DNA of 64,000 bases from Mustelus asterias (GCF_964213995.1 NW_027591005.1:62001-126000); one strand, 5' to 3'. Positions 12,001-25,258 are shown, numbered from the stretch's first letter. Translations and numbers: made by a program. The notes: generated by a model not told the origin, from the sequence alone.

Positions 12001-14810
12001 AGACAGAGTGTGTGTGAGCGAGACAGAGTGTGTGAGAGAGAGACAGAGTGTGTGAGAGAGAGACAGAGTGTGTGAGCGACAGAGAGTGTGTGTGAGAGAC
12101 AGAGAGTGTGTGTGAGAGACAGAGAGTGTGTGTGAGAGACAGAGAGTGTGTGTGAGAGACAGAGAGTGTGTGTGAGAGACAGAGAGTGTGTGTGAGAGAC
12201 AGAGAATGTGTGTGAGAGACAGAGAATGTGTGTGAGAGACAGAGAGTGTGTGTGAGAGACAGAGAGTGTGTGAGCGAGACAGAGAGTGTGTGTGAGAGAC
12301 AGAGAGTGTGTGTGAGTGAGACAGAGAGTGTGTGAGCGATAGAGTGTGTGAGCGAGACAGAGAGTGTGTGAGAGACAGAGAGTGTGTGTGTGAGTGAGAC
12401 AGAGAGTGTGTGTGAGCGAGATGGAGAGTGTGTGTGTGAGAGACAGAGTGTGTGTGTGAGAGACAGAGTGTGTGTGTGTGAGAGACAGAGTGTGTGTGTG
12501 AGAGACAGAGTGTGTGTGTGAGAGACAGAGAGTGTGTGTGAGAGACAGAGTGTGTGTGTGAGTGAGACAGAGAGTGTGTGTGATAGAGAGCGTGTGAGCG
12601 AGACAGAGAGTGTGTGTGAGAGACAGAGAGTGTGTGAGCGAGACAGAGAGTGTGTGAGCGAGACCGAGAGTGTGTGTGAGAGAGACAGAGAGTGTGTGTG
12701 AGAGAGACAAAGAGTGTGTGTGAGAGAGACAGAGAGTGTGTGTGAAAGACAGAGTGTGCGCGTGAGCGAGACAGAGAGTGTGTGTGAGAGACAGAGAGTG
12801 TGTGTGAGAGACAGAGAGTGTGTGTGAGAGACAGAGAGTGTGTGTGAGAGACAGAGAGTGTGCGTGAGAGACAGAGAGTGTGCGTGAGAGACAGAGAGTG
12901 TGTGTGAGAGACAGAGAGTGTGTGTGAGAGACAGAGAGTGTGTGTGAGAGACAGAGAGTGTGTGTGAGAGACAGAGAGTGTGTGTGAGAGACAGAGAGTG
13001 CGTGAGCGAGACAGAGAGTGTGTGAGAGAGACAGAGAGTGTGTGTGAGAGACAGAGTGTGTGTGTGAGCGAGACAGAGAGTGTGTGTAAGAGACAGAGAG
13101 TGTGCGTGAGAGACAGAGAGTGTGCGTGAGAGACAGAGAGTGTGTGTGAGAGACAGAGAGCGTGTGTGAGAGACAGAGAGTGCGTGAGCGAGACAGAGAG
13201 TGTGTGTGAGAGACAGAGAGTGTATGAGAGAGACAGAGAGTGTGTGTGAGCGAGACAGAGAGTGTGTGTGAGCGAGACAGAGAGTGTGTGTGAGCGAGAC
13301 AGAGTGTTGTGAGCGAGACAGAGAGTGTGTGTGTGAGAGGCAGAGAGTGTGTGTGAGCGAGACAGAGAGTGTGTGTGAGAGACAGAGAGTGTGTGTGAGA
13401 GACAGAGTGTGTGTGTATGAGTGAGACAGAGAGTGTGTGAGTGATAGAGAGTGTGTGAGCGAGACAGAGAGTGTGTGTGAGAGACAGAGTGTGTGTGTGA
13501 GCGAGACAGAGAGTGTGTGTGAGAGACAGAGAGTGTGTGTGAGAGACAGAGAGTGTGTGTGAGAGACAGAGAGTGTGTGTGAGCGAGACAGAGAGTGTGT
13601 GTGTGAGACAGAGAGAGTGTGTGAGCGAGACAGAGAGTGTGTGTGAGTGAGACAGAGAGTGTGTGAGAGAGACAGAGAGTGTGTGTGTGAGAGACAGAGA
13701 GTGTGTGTGAGAGACAGAGAGTGTGTGTGAGCGAGACAGAGAGTGTGTGTGAGCGAGACAGAGAGTGTGTGTGAGCGAGACAGAGAGTGTGTGTGAGCGA
13801 GACAGAGAGTGTGTGTGTGAGAGACAGAGAGTGTGTGTGAGTGAGACAGAGAGTGTGTGAGAGAGACAGAGAGTGTGTGAGAGAGACAGAGAGTGTGTGA
13901 GCTACACAGAGTGTGTGTGAGAGACAGAGAGTGTGTGTGAGAGACAGAGTGTGTGTGAGAGAGACAGAGAGTGTGAGAGAGACAGAGAGTGTGTGTGAGA
14001 GACAGAGAGTGTGTGTGAGAGACAGAGTGTGTGTGAGCGAGACAGAGTGTGTGTGAGAGACAGAGAGTGTGTGTGAGAGACAGAGAGTGTGTGTGAGAGA
14101 CAGTGTGTGTGTGAGCGAGACAGAGAGTGTGTGAGAGAGACAGAGAGTGTGTGAGAGAGACAGAGTGTGTGTGAGAGACAGAGAGTGTGTGTGAGAGACA
14201 GAGTGTGTGTGAGAGAGACAGAGAGTGTGTGAGAGACAGAGAGTGTGTGTGAGAGACAGAGTGTGTGTGAGCGAGACAGAGTGTGTGTGAGAGACAGAGA
14301 GTGTGTGTGAGCGAGACAGAGTGTGTGTGAGCGAGACAGAGAGTGTGTGTGAGAGACAGAGAGTTTGTGTGAGAGAGACAGAGAGTGTGTGTGAGAGACA
14401 GAGAGTGTGTGTGAGAGACAGAGTGTGTGAGTGAGAGACAGAGAGTGTGTGTGAGAGACAGAGTGTGTGTGAGAGAGGCAGAGAGTGTGTGAGCGAGGCA
14501 GAGAGTGTGTGTGAGAGACAGAGAGTGTGTGTGAGAGGCAGAGAGTGTGTGTGAGTGAGACAGAGAGTGTGTGTGAGAGACAGAGAGTGTGTGTGAGAGA
14601 CAGAGAGTGTGTGAGCGAGACAGAGTGTGTGTGTGAGAGACAGAGAGTGTGTGTGAGAGACAGAGTGTGTGTGTGAGAGGCAGAGAGTGTGTGTGAGTGA
14701 GACAGAGAGTGTGTGTGAGAGACAGAGTGTGTGTGTGAGAGACAGAGAGTGTGTGTGAGAGACAGAGAGAGTGTGTGAGAGACAGAGAGAGTGTGAGTGC
14801 GTGCGAGTGA
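1..14810. repeat. Compound (GA)/(GT) satellite, ~18-22 bp unit GAGACAGAGAGTGTGTGT(GA), with higher-order repeat of 3804 bp
   Basis: Continuous tandem array. Rare variant markers recur 3804 bp apart (gagtctgtgt ~5937/~9741; agacaaagag 8901/12705), and identical ORF translations occur at 6446/10250, 7242/11046 and 8091/11895. Confidence 0.97.
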
Positions 14811-15017
14811 GTGAATGTGAGTGTGTGTGAGAGTGTGTGAGGGAGTATTCATGTGTGTGTTGATGAGAGTGTGTTAAAGTGAGTGTTTATGAGAGTGAGT
14901 GTGTGTGTGAGCAAGTGTGCAAGAGGGAGTGTGTAAAAGTGAGTATGTGTGTAATGTGTGTGAGACTGAGTAAGTGTATAAGAGTGAGTGAGTGCTGGCG
15001 GGAGAGTGCAGGAGTGT

Positions 15018-15314
15018 TAAGTTTCAGTTTATTTACGAGTGTCACAAGTAGGGTTACATTAACACTGCAATGAAGTTACTGTGAGAATCCCCTAGTTGCC
15101 ACACTCCAGTGCCTATTCGGGTTACACTGAGGGAGAATTTAGCACGGCCAATGCACCCTAACCAGCACGTCTTTCAGACTGTGGGAGGAAACCGGAGCAC
15201 CCGGAGGAAACCCACGCAGACACGGGGAGAACGTGCAGACTCCGCACAGACAGTGACCCAAGCCAGGAATCGAACCCGGGTCCCTGGCGCTGTGAGGCAG
15301 CAGTGCTAACCACC
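15018..15314 (-). mobile_element. tRNA-derived shark SINE (HE1/V-SINE-like head, gtgttaatgtaagcc...aataaa-type tail)
   Basis: Reverse complement of the SINE head GGTTAGCACTGCTGCCTCACAGCGCCAGGGACCCGGGTTCGATTCC; near-identical copies at 50489-50790 and 57906-58200. Confidence 0.85.
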
Positions 15315-16322
15315 GGTGATAAGGGGGAGAGTTAACAGAAAGCAGCTGGTGAGAATATACTGGCCGGTTTTAATTTAATCCAAATTAATGAATTAGAAAC
15401 TTTTAACCTAAGGAATTGACATCCGAGGATTTCAGTTTAAAATCCCATTGAAGCTCCCTGTCTCATAATGGGATGTTTTTGCCTGTATTTAGTAATTAGT
15501 GACTTCATATCTCACAGCGAGATAAATAAAACTTTTTTCCAATTGATAGGGACAGCTCAATGGACAAAACTGGTGTGAGAAAGGGGCAAATCCTTTGAAA
15601 ATGGAGGCAGAGAGGAGGCTTTGTTCAACTCCCATTCTTTCCCTGTCTTCAGCAGGCTGGGCAGGAAGTGTGAGCAGAGAGGGGGGGGATAGACAGACAC
15701 ACACTGACACAATCCCCCCAATCCACTCACTCACACATCCCCATTCCCCCTCCACTCGCTGGGTTGTGGGGACCGGCTGCAAGGATTTTCAGGGCTGCTG
15801 TGGGAGGGTCAGGGGGTTTTTGAAATGGACGAACACGACCTACAGGGGAAAAGAAATAAAGTTTGAAACTAAACTAAAGAAACTAAAGACAGGAACTTGC
15901 AGAATCCATTGCCGGCCTGCATTAACATATCAAGAGTCAGTCTGACATTGCCACAAACTCCTCTGGGGTGAGAGGGGGAGGGGGGGTGAATTAGCATCTC
16001 AATAGAGAGACAGACATTGCAGACATGTCAGAGACTCAGGGTGGGGTTTGCATCCAGCACACTCAGGATAAATGTGAATCTGAGAGCCTTCAGTCTCCAC
16101 ACCAATAATCCCCCTGCACTGAAAACATTCCCACTCTGATTCAGTGTGTGTGTCTCAATCTGCTTTTTGACCTGTGCTTTGCTTGTGTGGACATGATGCT
16201 GAATGGACTTGAATGGAAATGCTGGACTCCTCGCTATGATATGTTGTGTATTTTATTGTTAAAATGGCCGTGTCTCTTTTTCTCTCTCTTTTTAACCAAT
16301 TTTTATCTCTTTTTCTCCTGAG

Positions 16323-16466
16323 GAATTTTGAAAACTGGGGATGTGTCGAGGATCCAAAGGACGGGAATGTTTGTGACCAGGATGAGGGAGAGGAGCTTCT
16401 TCCAGAGGGAGGGCTGACTGAGGCCTGTTGCTCAGGCTTCGGCCTGTTGCTCAGGCTTCACCCTGA
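16323..16466 (+). other. Candidate exon (144 nt, phase 2-2) of an unidentified repeated-exon gene
   Basis: Polypyrimidine tract plus ctgag acceptor and GTGAGT donor; open frame NFENWGCVEDPKDGNVCDQDEGEELLPEGGLTEACCSGFGLLLRLHP; homologous to the next three exons. Confidence 0.4.
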
Positions 16467-16587
16467 GTGAGTTGTGTCTGTTTATTAACCTGATCCAGAT
16501 TTAATGTTTCATATCAGAGGGAGCGAGATCTGAATGAGAGTGGAATAGAGAGAGAGAGAGAGAGAAACACACAGGGAGGGAACTGTC

Positions 16588-16934
16588 TCATAGAATCATA
16601 GAAACCCTACAGTACAGAAAGAGGCCATTCGGCCCATCGAGTCTGCACCGACCACAATCTCACCCAGGCCCTACCCCCATATCCCTACATATTTACCCAC
16701 TAATCCCTCTAACCCAGGCATCTCAGGACACTAAGGGCAATGTTTAGCATGGCCAATCAACCTAACCCGCACATCTTTGGACTGTGGGAGGAAACCGGAG
16801 CACCCGGAGGAAACCCATGCAGACACGAGGAGAATGTGCAAACTCCACACAGACAGTGACCCAAGCCGGGAATCGAACGCAGGTCCCTGGAGCTGTGAAG
16901 CAGCAGTGCTAACCACTGTGCTACCGTGCCACCC
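16588..16934 (-). mobile_element. HE1-like SINE (tRNA head, CR1-like ttctatga tail)
   Basis: Full reverse-complement match to the plus-strand copy at 56728-57073. Confidence 0.9.
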
Positions 16935-17203
16935 TAACTCTTTAGTCTCTGCTTTACAACTGACTTGTTGTGTTTGGGTGTTACTGAGAGATTGTGTAAC
17001 TGAGAGGAGATCCTGGGTTTTTGCTGTGCTATTTAATTTAAATATTTTCTTGTATTTTAATTATTTTCTCTCTCTTTCCCCAAGAATTAATATTTATATT
17101 TTACTGAGAGATTGTGTAACTGAGAAGGGGGAATCCTGGCCTCTTGTGCTATTTAATTTAAAGAATTCTTGTATTTTAATTAATTATTTTCTCTTCTCCC
17201 CAG

Positions 17204-17305
17204 GAATTTGAATTTTGAAGACTGCAATGTGACTCGGAATCCTTGGACAAGGGGCTTTTCTCCAGAGGAGGATGGATGGACTGAGGCCTGTTCTATAGGC
17301 CGCAT
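17204..17305 (+). other. Candidate 102-nt symmetric phase-2 exon, copy 1
   Basis: ttctccccag acceptor and gtgagt donor; open frame NLNFEDCNVTRNPWTRGFSPEEDGWTEACSIGR. Confidence 0.5.
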
Positions 17306-18124
17306 GTGAGTTGTTGTCTGTTTATTACCCTGATCCAGGTTTAATTTTAATCTCACTTCCTCGGATGAACCAGTCCTGGTTCGATTGTGGGGTGTGGGGA
17401 GGCTGGAGTTTGAAACCCTGGGGTTAAAATATCCCGGCTTTGCAATTAGTCACAAACAGGTTAACCCTTTGCTGGGTGGCAGAGAGTAAATTAAATATCT
17501 GTAATATGAAGCTGTCTAAAAGTTAGTTTTAAATCCAAGATAACAGGGATGGGAGACAGAGCGCTGTTCCTAATTGTTGAATAAAATTCATAGAGGCCTT
17601 TATAATTCAGTTTTCAGGTTTTCAGACTTTCATTGCGTCCTCTCTGCAGCTTTTCCCCCATTCTGTCTATTTCTCTCTCTCTTTCTCTCTCTCTTTCTCT
17701 CCCTGTCCTTCCTCTATCTGTCTCTCTTTTTTATTCCCTCTCTCTCCCTCTTTTTCGCAGGAAGTCATATTTTGTTGGACAATCTCTCAGTAAAATCTGA
17801 GAAAGGGGAATCCTGGGCTCTTGCGCGATTTAATTTAAACATTTTCTGGTATTTTAATATATTTCTCTCTCTTTTACCCAAGAATTAATATTTAGATTTT
17901 ACTGAGAGATTGTGTAACTGAGAAAGGGGAATCCTGGGCTCTTGTGGATTAAATTTAAACATTTTCTTGTATTTAAATTAATTATATTCTATCTCTTCCC
18001 AAGGAATTCATATTTAGTTGGACAATCTCTCAGTGAAATCTTAGAAGGGGGAATCCTGGGCTCTTGTGCTATTTAATTTAAACATTTTCTTGTATTTTAA
18101 TTAATTATTTTCTCTGTTCCCCAG

Positions 18125-18226
18125 GGATTTGAATTTTGAAGACTGCAATGTGACTCGGAATCCTTGGACAAGGGGCTTTTCTCCAGAGGAGGATGGATGG
18201 ACTGAGGCCTGTTCTATAGGCTGCAA
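18125..18226 (+). other. Candidate 102-nt symmetric phase-2 exon, copy 2
   Basis: ttccccag acceptor and gtgagt donor; open frame DLNFEDCNVTRNPWTRGFSPEEDGWTEACSIGC. Confidence 0.5.
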
Positions 18227-19041
18227 GTGAGTTGTTGTCTCTTTATTATCCTGATCCAGGTTTAATTTTAATCTCACTTTCTTGGACGAACCAGTTCTGG
18301 TTCGATTATGGGGTGTGAGGGGGGCTGGAGTTTGAATCCCTGGGGTTAAAATATCCCGGCTTTGCAATTAGTTACAAACGCATTAACCCTTAGGTGGGTG
18401 GCAAAGAGTAAATTAAATGTCTGTAATATGAAACTGTCTCAATTTGTTTTAAATCCAAGGTAACAGGGATGGGTGACAGACCGCTGCTCCTAATTGTTGA
18501 ATAAAATTCACAGAGGCCTTTGTAATTCAGTTTTCAGAAGTTCAGAATTTCATTTCGTCCTCTCTGCAGCTTTTCCCCCATTCTGTCTATTTCCTCTCTG
18601 CTTTCTCTCTCCATCCCTTTCCTTCCTCTATCTGTCTCTTTTTTTTATTCCCTCTCTCTCTCTCCCTCTTTTTCCCAGGAAATAATATTTTGTTGGACAA
18701 TCTCTCAGTAAAATCTGAGAAGGGGGAATCCTGGGGCTCTTGTGCTATTTAATCTAAATATTTTCTGGTATTTTAATATATTTCTCTCTCTTTTACCCAA
18801 GAACTAATATATAGATTTTACTGAGATTGTGTAACTGAGAAAGGGGAATCCTGGGCTCTTGTGTATTAAATTTAAACATTTTCCTGTATTTAAATTAATT
18901 ATATTCGATCTCTTCCCAAGGAATTAATATTTAGTTGGACAATCTCTCAGTGAAATCTTAGAAGGGGGAATCGTGGGCTCTTGTGCTATTTAATTTAAAC
19001 ATTTTCTTGTATTTTAATTAATTATTTTCTCTTCTCCCCAG

Positions 19042-19143
19042 GAATTTGAATTTTGAAGACTGCAATGTGACTCGGAATCCTTGGACAAGGGGCTTTTCTC
19101 CAGAGGAGGATGGATGGACTGAGGCCTGTTCTATAGGCTGCAA
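19042..19143 (+). other. Candidate 102-nt symmetric phase-2 exon, copy 3
   Basis: ttctccccag acceptor and gtgagt donor; open frame NLNFEDCNVTRNPWTRGFSPEEDGWTEACSIGC. Confidence 0.5.
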
Positions 19144-19582
19144 GTGAGTTGTTGTCTCTTTATTATCCTGATCCAGGTTTAATTTTAATCTCACTTTCTT
19201 GGACGAACCAGTTCTGGTTCGATTGTGGGATGTGGGGGGGGGGCTGGAGTTTGAAACCCTGGGGTTAAAATATCCCGGCTTTGCAATGAGTCACAAACAG
19301 GTTAACCCTTTGCTGGGTGGCAAAGAGTAAATTAAATATCTGTAATATGAAGCTGTCTAAAAGTTTGATGCAAATCCAAAATAACAGGGGTGGGAGAGAG
19401 TGATTTACCCGAATGTTAAATAAGATTCACAGAGGACATTACAATTCAATTTTCTGAAGTTCAGCCTTTACATTTATCTTCCCCTCTGCAGCTTTCTTCC
19501 CCATTCTATTTCTCTCTGCTTTTCTCTCTGTACTTTTCCCCTATCTTCAGCTTTCTCTCCCTTCCTGTTTCTTTCCATTCAT

Positions 19583-19916
19583 CTCTCTCTCTCGAGCAAT
19601 CTTCCATATCTGTCCATCACTCACCAGAATGTCTCTCTCTCTCTCTCTCTCTCGAGCATTCTTCCATATCTGTCTATCACTCTCCAGAATGTCTCTCTCT
19701 CTCTCGAGCATTCTTCCATATCTGTCCATCACTCACCAGAATGTCTCTCTCTCTCGAGCATTCTTCCATATCTGTCTATCACTCTCCAGAATGTCTCTCT
19801 CTCTCTCGAGCATTCTTCCATATCTGTCCATCACTCACCAGAATGTCTCTCTCTCCCTCTCGAGCATTCTTCCATATCTGTCCGTCACTCTCCAGAATGT
19901 CTCTCTCTCTCTCTCT
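19583..19916. repeat. Minisatellite, ~52-60 bp unit CTCGAGCATTCTTCCATATCTGTCYATCACTCWCCAGAATG(TC)n, about 6 copies
   Basis: Direct tandem repeats with a variable (TC)n tract. Confidence 0.9.
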
Positions 19917-21539
19917 GGCTCCATCTTCCTTTGTGTCTCTTTAAACCTTTAATCAACAAAAACTGTGTTATTGTAAACAGGGAGACAGGAATATGGCTTC
20001 GCTCATTTCAATGCAGAGTACATGAGATAGAGGGAAAGAAACAGCTATGGGCAGAGACAACGAGTGAGAAAGAGAGGGGACAGGGACAAGGATCTAGACA
20101 GGAACATCCATCTTTACACTGAGTAAGAGAGACAGGAGCAGAGGGAGAAAAGAGAGGGAGATAGTGAAAGGGAGATGGAGGGAGATGTTGAAATCAATCC
20201 CGGGAGGGCGATTTTAAAAACTGTCCCGAAGGAATCAGCAGCCCCTTCCCAAACTGAAAGAGGGAGATGAGCAGCTCCTGGAGTCTGAGAGGGAGACAGG
20301 GATGGACTGGGGGGTTGTGGATATTTGAAATCAGTTTTAGGAGATTCTGTTTGTAGATTTCTCTCTCTCTGTTCATGCCATTCTGATGTTTCTGAGAGAT
20401 TGTGTAACTGAGAAGGGGGAATCCTGCGTTTCGGTGAGATTTAATTGAAATGGTTTCTTGTATTTAATTAATTTTCTCTCTCTTTTCCCCAAGAATTCAT
20501 ATCTCGTTAGACAATCTCTCAGTAAAATCTGAGAAGGGGAATCCTGGGCTCTTGTGCTATTTAATTTAAATATTTTCTGGTACTTTAATTATTTTCTCTC
20601 TCTTTTCCCCAAGAATTAATATTTAGATTTTACTGAGAGATTGTGTAACTGAGAAGGGGGAATCCTGGGCTCTTGTGCTATTTAATTTACACATTTTACA
20701 CAATAAAATTCACCCAGAGACCTTTACAATTTAGTTTACAGATGTTCAGATTTTCATTTCATCCTCTCCACAGCTTTTCCCCCATTCTGTCTATTTCTCT
20801 CTGCTTTTCTCTCCATTTCCTTCCTCTATCTGCCTCTCTTTATTCTCTCTCTCTCCCTCTTTTTCCCAGGAATTAATATTTAGTTGGACAATCTCTCAGT
20901 AAAACCTGGAAAGGGGCAATCCTGGGATTTTGTGCTGTGTAATTTTCATTCTGGGTGTCCCGGGGGGTTTGATTTCACTGTCTCAGCCCCTCTCTGCCTC
21001 ACTCTCTCTCTGTATAAACTTTTCCCAAATTACAAAACACTCAACACAGCTGACTGCACCTTGTGGGATCTTGCTGGGGATTTTGTTTTAAAAAGGGTGT
21101 TTTCTCAGAGGCAGTTTAAACCTTTCAGGGGACTGTGGGGAAGTCTCCAGACTTGGGACAACACACACACAGGGTTGGGGGCTGGGGGGGGGGAGGTGGG
21201 CAGTCAGGTATACTGGTATTCTGGGAGACTGATATTCCCAACAAGGGCCAGAGGTCTCAGTGCTGAAACATATTAAACTGTTCAAACAGAGGCAGGCAGA
21301 AAGCCATGAGGCTTCAGAGCTCCCTGTAGATGCAAAGGTAACTCCCATTGCCAAAAAGTAGCCACATGTGAAGTGGAAACACCTTCCCTCAGCTTGTTAC
21401 ACACTGACCTTTCCACAACCCCAACATGTTTACAAACACTCGCTGCAGTTTCTGCAAACTTTGTATCAAACTGCCTCCCATTCTGCTCAATACTGACCCC
21501 CTCTCAACCTGGCACTGAACTAGTGTCTGAATTGAGACA

Positions 21540-21900
21540 GAGACACACAGACAGAGTTTTTAAAGTTGAAAGTTTTGAAGTTTATATATTAGTGTCACAA
21601 GTAAAGCTTACATTAGCACTGCAATGACGTTACTGAGAGAGACAGAGAGAGGCAGAGACACACAGACAGAGACATAGATAAAGAGACAGAAAGAGACAGA
21701 GAGATAAAGAGACAGAGAGGATGTTTAAAGTTTTAAAATTTGTTTATTCCTGTCACAAGTAAGGCTCACATTAACGCTGCAGTTACTGAGAGAGACAGAA
21801 AGAGAGAGTTTTTAAAGTTGAAAGATTTAAAGTTTATTTATTAGTGTCACAAGGCTTACATTAACACTGCAATGAAGTTAGTGAGAAAGACAGAGATAGA
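21540..21900 (-). repeat. Three tandem SINE-tail remnants separated by (GA)-rich tracts
   Basis: aaagtttatttattagtgtcacaag...cttacattaacactgcaatgaagtta repeated three times. Confidence 0.7.
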
Positions 21901-24900
21901 GGGAGCATCCAGAGTGGGTTCAGTAACACATTTATTGATCAGATATCTCTCTCTGTGACTCTTTAGTGATGAGATATTCAGCCAGGATGGTTTCACTGAC
22001 CCTCTTCAGCAGGCAGATATTCCCAAATCCAGCCTAGGTCTCAGACACACACACACACACACACCACTCACACATTCCCTCTGCTCTGTCCAAGGGAATA
22101 TTTTAATCCAGGAATTTCTATTTTATATTTACAGGGTGAGGGGTGGGAGAAACTCAACTCAAAAATCCTGCAGTCTCTCCAAGCTGCTTTTAAATTTCAA
22201 TTCAAACCCTGGGCCACATGGGAAGCTGCAGAGATTGGGAAACTTACCAAACCCAGTTTGTGTGTGTGAGTGTCTGCAGTTTTTGTGTCTTTGAACTTGT
22301 GAGGGTGCCAGGGAGAGAATGTCACTGTCTTCACCTCTCTGCCTCTCTGTATAAAAAAATCACCAAATTAAACCACACTCAATCATGCGACCATACACAA
22401 TTAATTATCAAATATCTGTCTCTCTCGCTTTATCTCTCTCTCTCTCCCTGTTCTCTCTCTCCCTGTCTCTTCTCGAGCAGAAACAGGTGGAGACAGAGAG
22501 GCAGGGAGAGAGAGGAAGAGGGAGGGATGGAAACAGCTGGAGTTGTGGGTTAGATGTAGGGGGAGAGACACAGGCTGTTAGAGGGAGGGGGGTTTTCAGT
22601 GAGGGACAGGGTCTCCAGTTTAATTCTGAGGGTCCTGAGAGAGGGATTTCACTGTCTCAGCCCCTCTCTGGCTCCCTCACTCTGTATAAACAATTCCCAA
22701 ATTAAAAAACGCTCAACACAGCTGACTGCGCTTTGTGGGATCTTGCTGTGCACCACAGGGATTTTAGTTTTAAAAAGGGTTACTTTTAAGAGGGAGTTCC
22801 AGCCTTTCTGGAGATTTGGGATGATGCAGACACACACACACACACAGGGTAGTGAGTGGGGAAGGGGGCTCACAGCAGGCAAGAGAGTGGGGGAGAGGAC
22901 TGTGTCCCATCTGATTCAGGTTCACATTGCTGCTGCTGTGGGATCTTGCTGTGCACACACTGGGCCTGTGGCCGTTGCCTGCACTGAAGCAGCGACCAGA
23001 CTTTTTATTTTCAAACAAAATCTGGCTCAGGGACCGCAAAGTGGGTTCAAGGAAAAAGCTTGAAAAGGAGTCGGGTAAATTCAAGCACTTTAATCGCCGA
23101 GGCATCGTCGGCTCTGGAGCAGGTGCTGGGGAATGGGAGGAGGATAGATTGGGATTTGATGGCCAGCATGGAGCTGGTGGGCCGAAGGGCCTGTTTCTGT
23201 GCTGTGTGACTCCAGATTCTTTTCTCTCTCTCTTTTCCCAGGAATTTCTATTTGGATGGGGGGGGGGTGGGTATAGAATTTCCCTGTCTCTGTCTCTCCA
23301 GTGTTCTTACCAATCCCAGCACCCCTCCCCTCTCTCCCCAGACATTCCTGTCTATATTTCATCTTTCAATAAAATGTTTAAGAAAACACCAATGTGAATT
23401 GTTGTCAATTTAATTTGGGAAGAGAGAGAGAGGAGTGGATCCCATTTCCCCCACACTCTCCTGCAGTCCTCACCCACAACATTTATTTAATCTGGCCCTC
23501 ACCAGGTTGTGTGTGTGGGATCTTGCTGTGCACACAGGTGGGTCTGGCTCCCTATTCCTCGCACTGTGACCGTGAGCAGAACTTTAAACAGGAAAGATTG
23601 AGGGGAATGAGAAGGGTTGGGGAGGCGGAGGAGGCAGACAGAGAGATAGAGAAATGGAGGGAGAGCTAAACAGAGAGGGTGTGGGGGGGGGGTTGTGAGA
23701 GGGTCTCAGGAGGGGCAGGGTGAAAGAGACACAGAGTCTGGGGCTGCCCTCCTCCATCGTGGGACTGGCAGTGGGATCTTGCTGTGCAGAATTACCTTCA
23801 TTGTCATTTGAATCATTCATTCATTGACTAAGGGAGGGTGGGTGTGTGATTGTGGGATTATAAATATTGTTACCACGCTGAGGTGATGTTTCCCTCTGCG
23901 CTATTTTGTAACCCCCTAAATGGATACACCTCACCTCGTAATCTTAAGTAAGTGTGTGTGAGACAGGAGGAAGCTATTGGTTTTAGACAGATGTGCAGAA
24001 GGAGGTCATTTGGCCCATCTAGTCTGTACCGACCACAATCCCAACCAGGACCTATTCCCATGACCCCACACTTTTAACCTGCTAATCCCCCTGACACTGG
24101 GGTCAATTTAACACGGCCAATCCACCCAACCCGCACAGCTTTGTGCTGTGGGAGGAATTGGTAAATTAAAGCAGGATCTGACACTCTCTGTATCAGGAAC
24201 AACTAACAGGTCTTTAATTTAGACTGGGTGACAACCTTATTAAAACAATGAACAAACTGAATAAACTCCCCAGTAGAATGCTGTTCCAATTACAAGACTC
24301 ACTCAGGAACAATGAAATAAATCATTACAGAATAGAGTCACCCTCAAATAATATACCAGGCGTCTGTTGGAAGTGTGAACTTCCTTCTGCTGCTTGGGTC
24401 TGGAATACTTTCTGAGTTGGTTTCTGCTTCTATTTAGATGGTGATGTGATGAAGCTGTATATATTACTGCAGGATTCAGTATCAGACTCTCCCTCCTTCA
24501 ATCTAAAGAGGCAGCAAGGTCACTCCCTCCCCGTTATTTCCCCGTCCCGGGTTTAAATACCCAGAATTTCCTCACAGTATTCCTGCAATTTGAGTGGCTT
24601 GAGGCTGTCACCAACGCCCCAATTTGAGTGCAATTGGTTGTGTGTGTTTGAGAGCTTGTTTTAAAATCATTGACCCAATTCAAAGCCTGTTTTGCTCTGC
24701 TGGGACTCTGGCTGCTGCTTTGGACACAACTGTTGTAAAGTTGTCTTCTGCAGTTTAAAATCCCCAGCACAAAGACACAGGCTTTCTAAAGACACAACGC
24801 TGGATGGTTTGTTTTGGTTTTCTCAGCATTTCTTTTCAATATTTACATTTGTCAAACACCACATCTTTAACCTTATATATGCAACTTCATAACAATATTG

Positions 24901-25258
24901 GACAGGGAGAGAGAGATCGGGAGAGACAGAGAGACAGTCACACAAAGAGAGAGGGAGAGAGAGACAGAGAGAGAGAGAAAGTCACATGGAGTAATGAGGA
25001 TGGGGCCTGGATGTGAATGTGGGCGGTGTAGACCTGATGGGCCGAATGGCCTCCTTCTGTACTGTCGGATTCTATGATTCTGTAATGGGGGCTGCGTGCG
25101 GTGTGAGGGGAGGGTGGAAGGGGACAGGGGGTGGGGGCAGCACTGGTTCCCTTTTCCCCCCCCCTCCCTCCTCCCAGGCCCTGTCCGGGAGGTTTCGGGG
25201 CTGGAGGGGATTGTTCTGGTGAACTGGCCGGGGCCTGGGGAACCTGTTCTTTGTCCAG

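Larger units (their letters stand above)
16975..19480 (+). repeat. ~920-bp tandem segmental repeat (3 copies) built from ~120-bp acceptor-bearing subunits plus one exon
   Basis: Exon starts at 17204, 18125 and 19042 (spacing 921 and 917 bp) with highly similar flanks; the subunits recur again at 20390-20940. Confidence 0.9.

Noticed and set aside
1550-14852. Long His/Thr/Leu/Ser and Cys/Val/Glu/Arg ORFs
   Set aside because: They are translations of the GA/GT satellite, with no coding signal.
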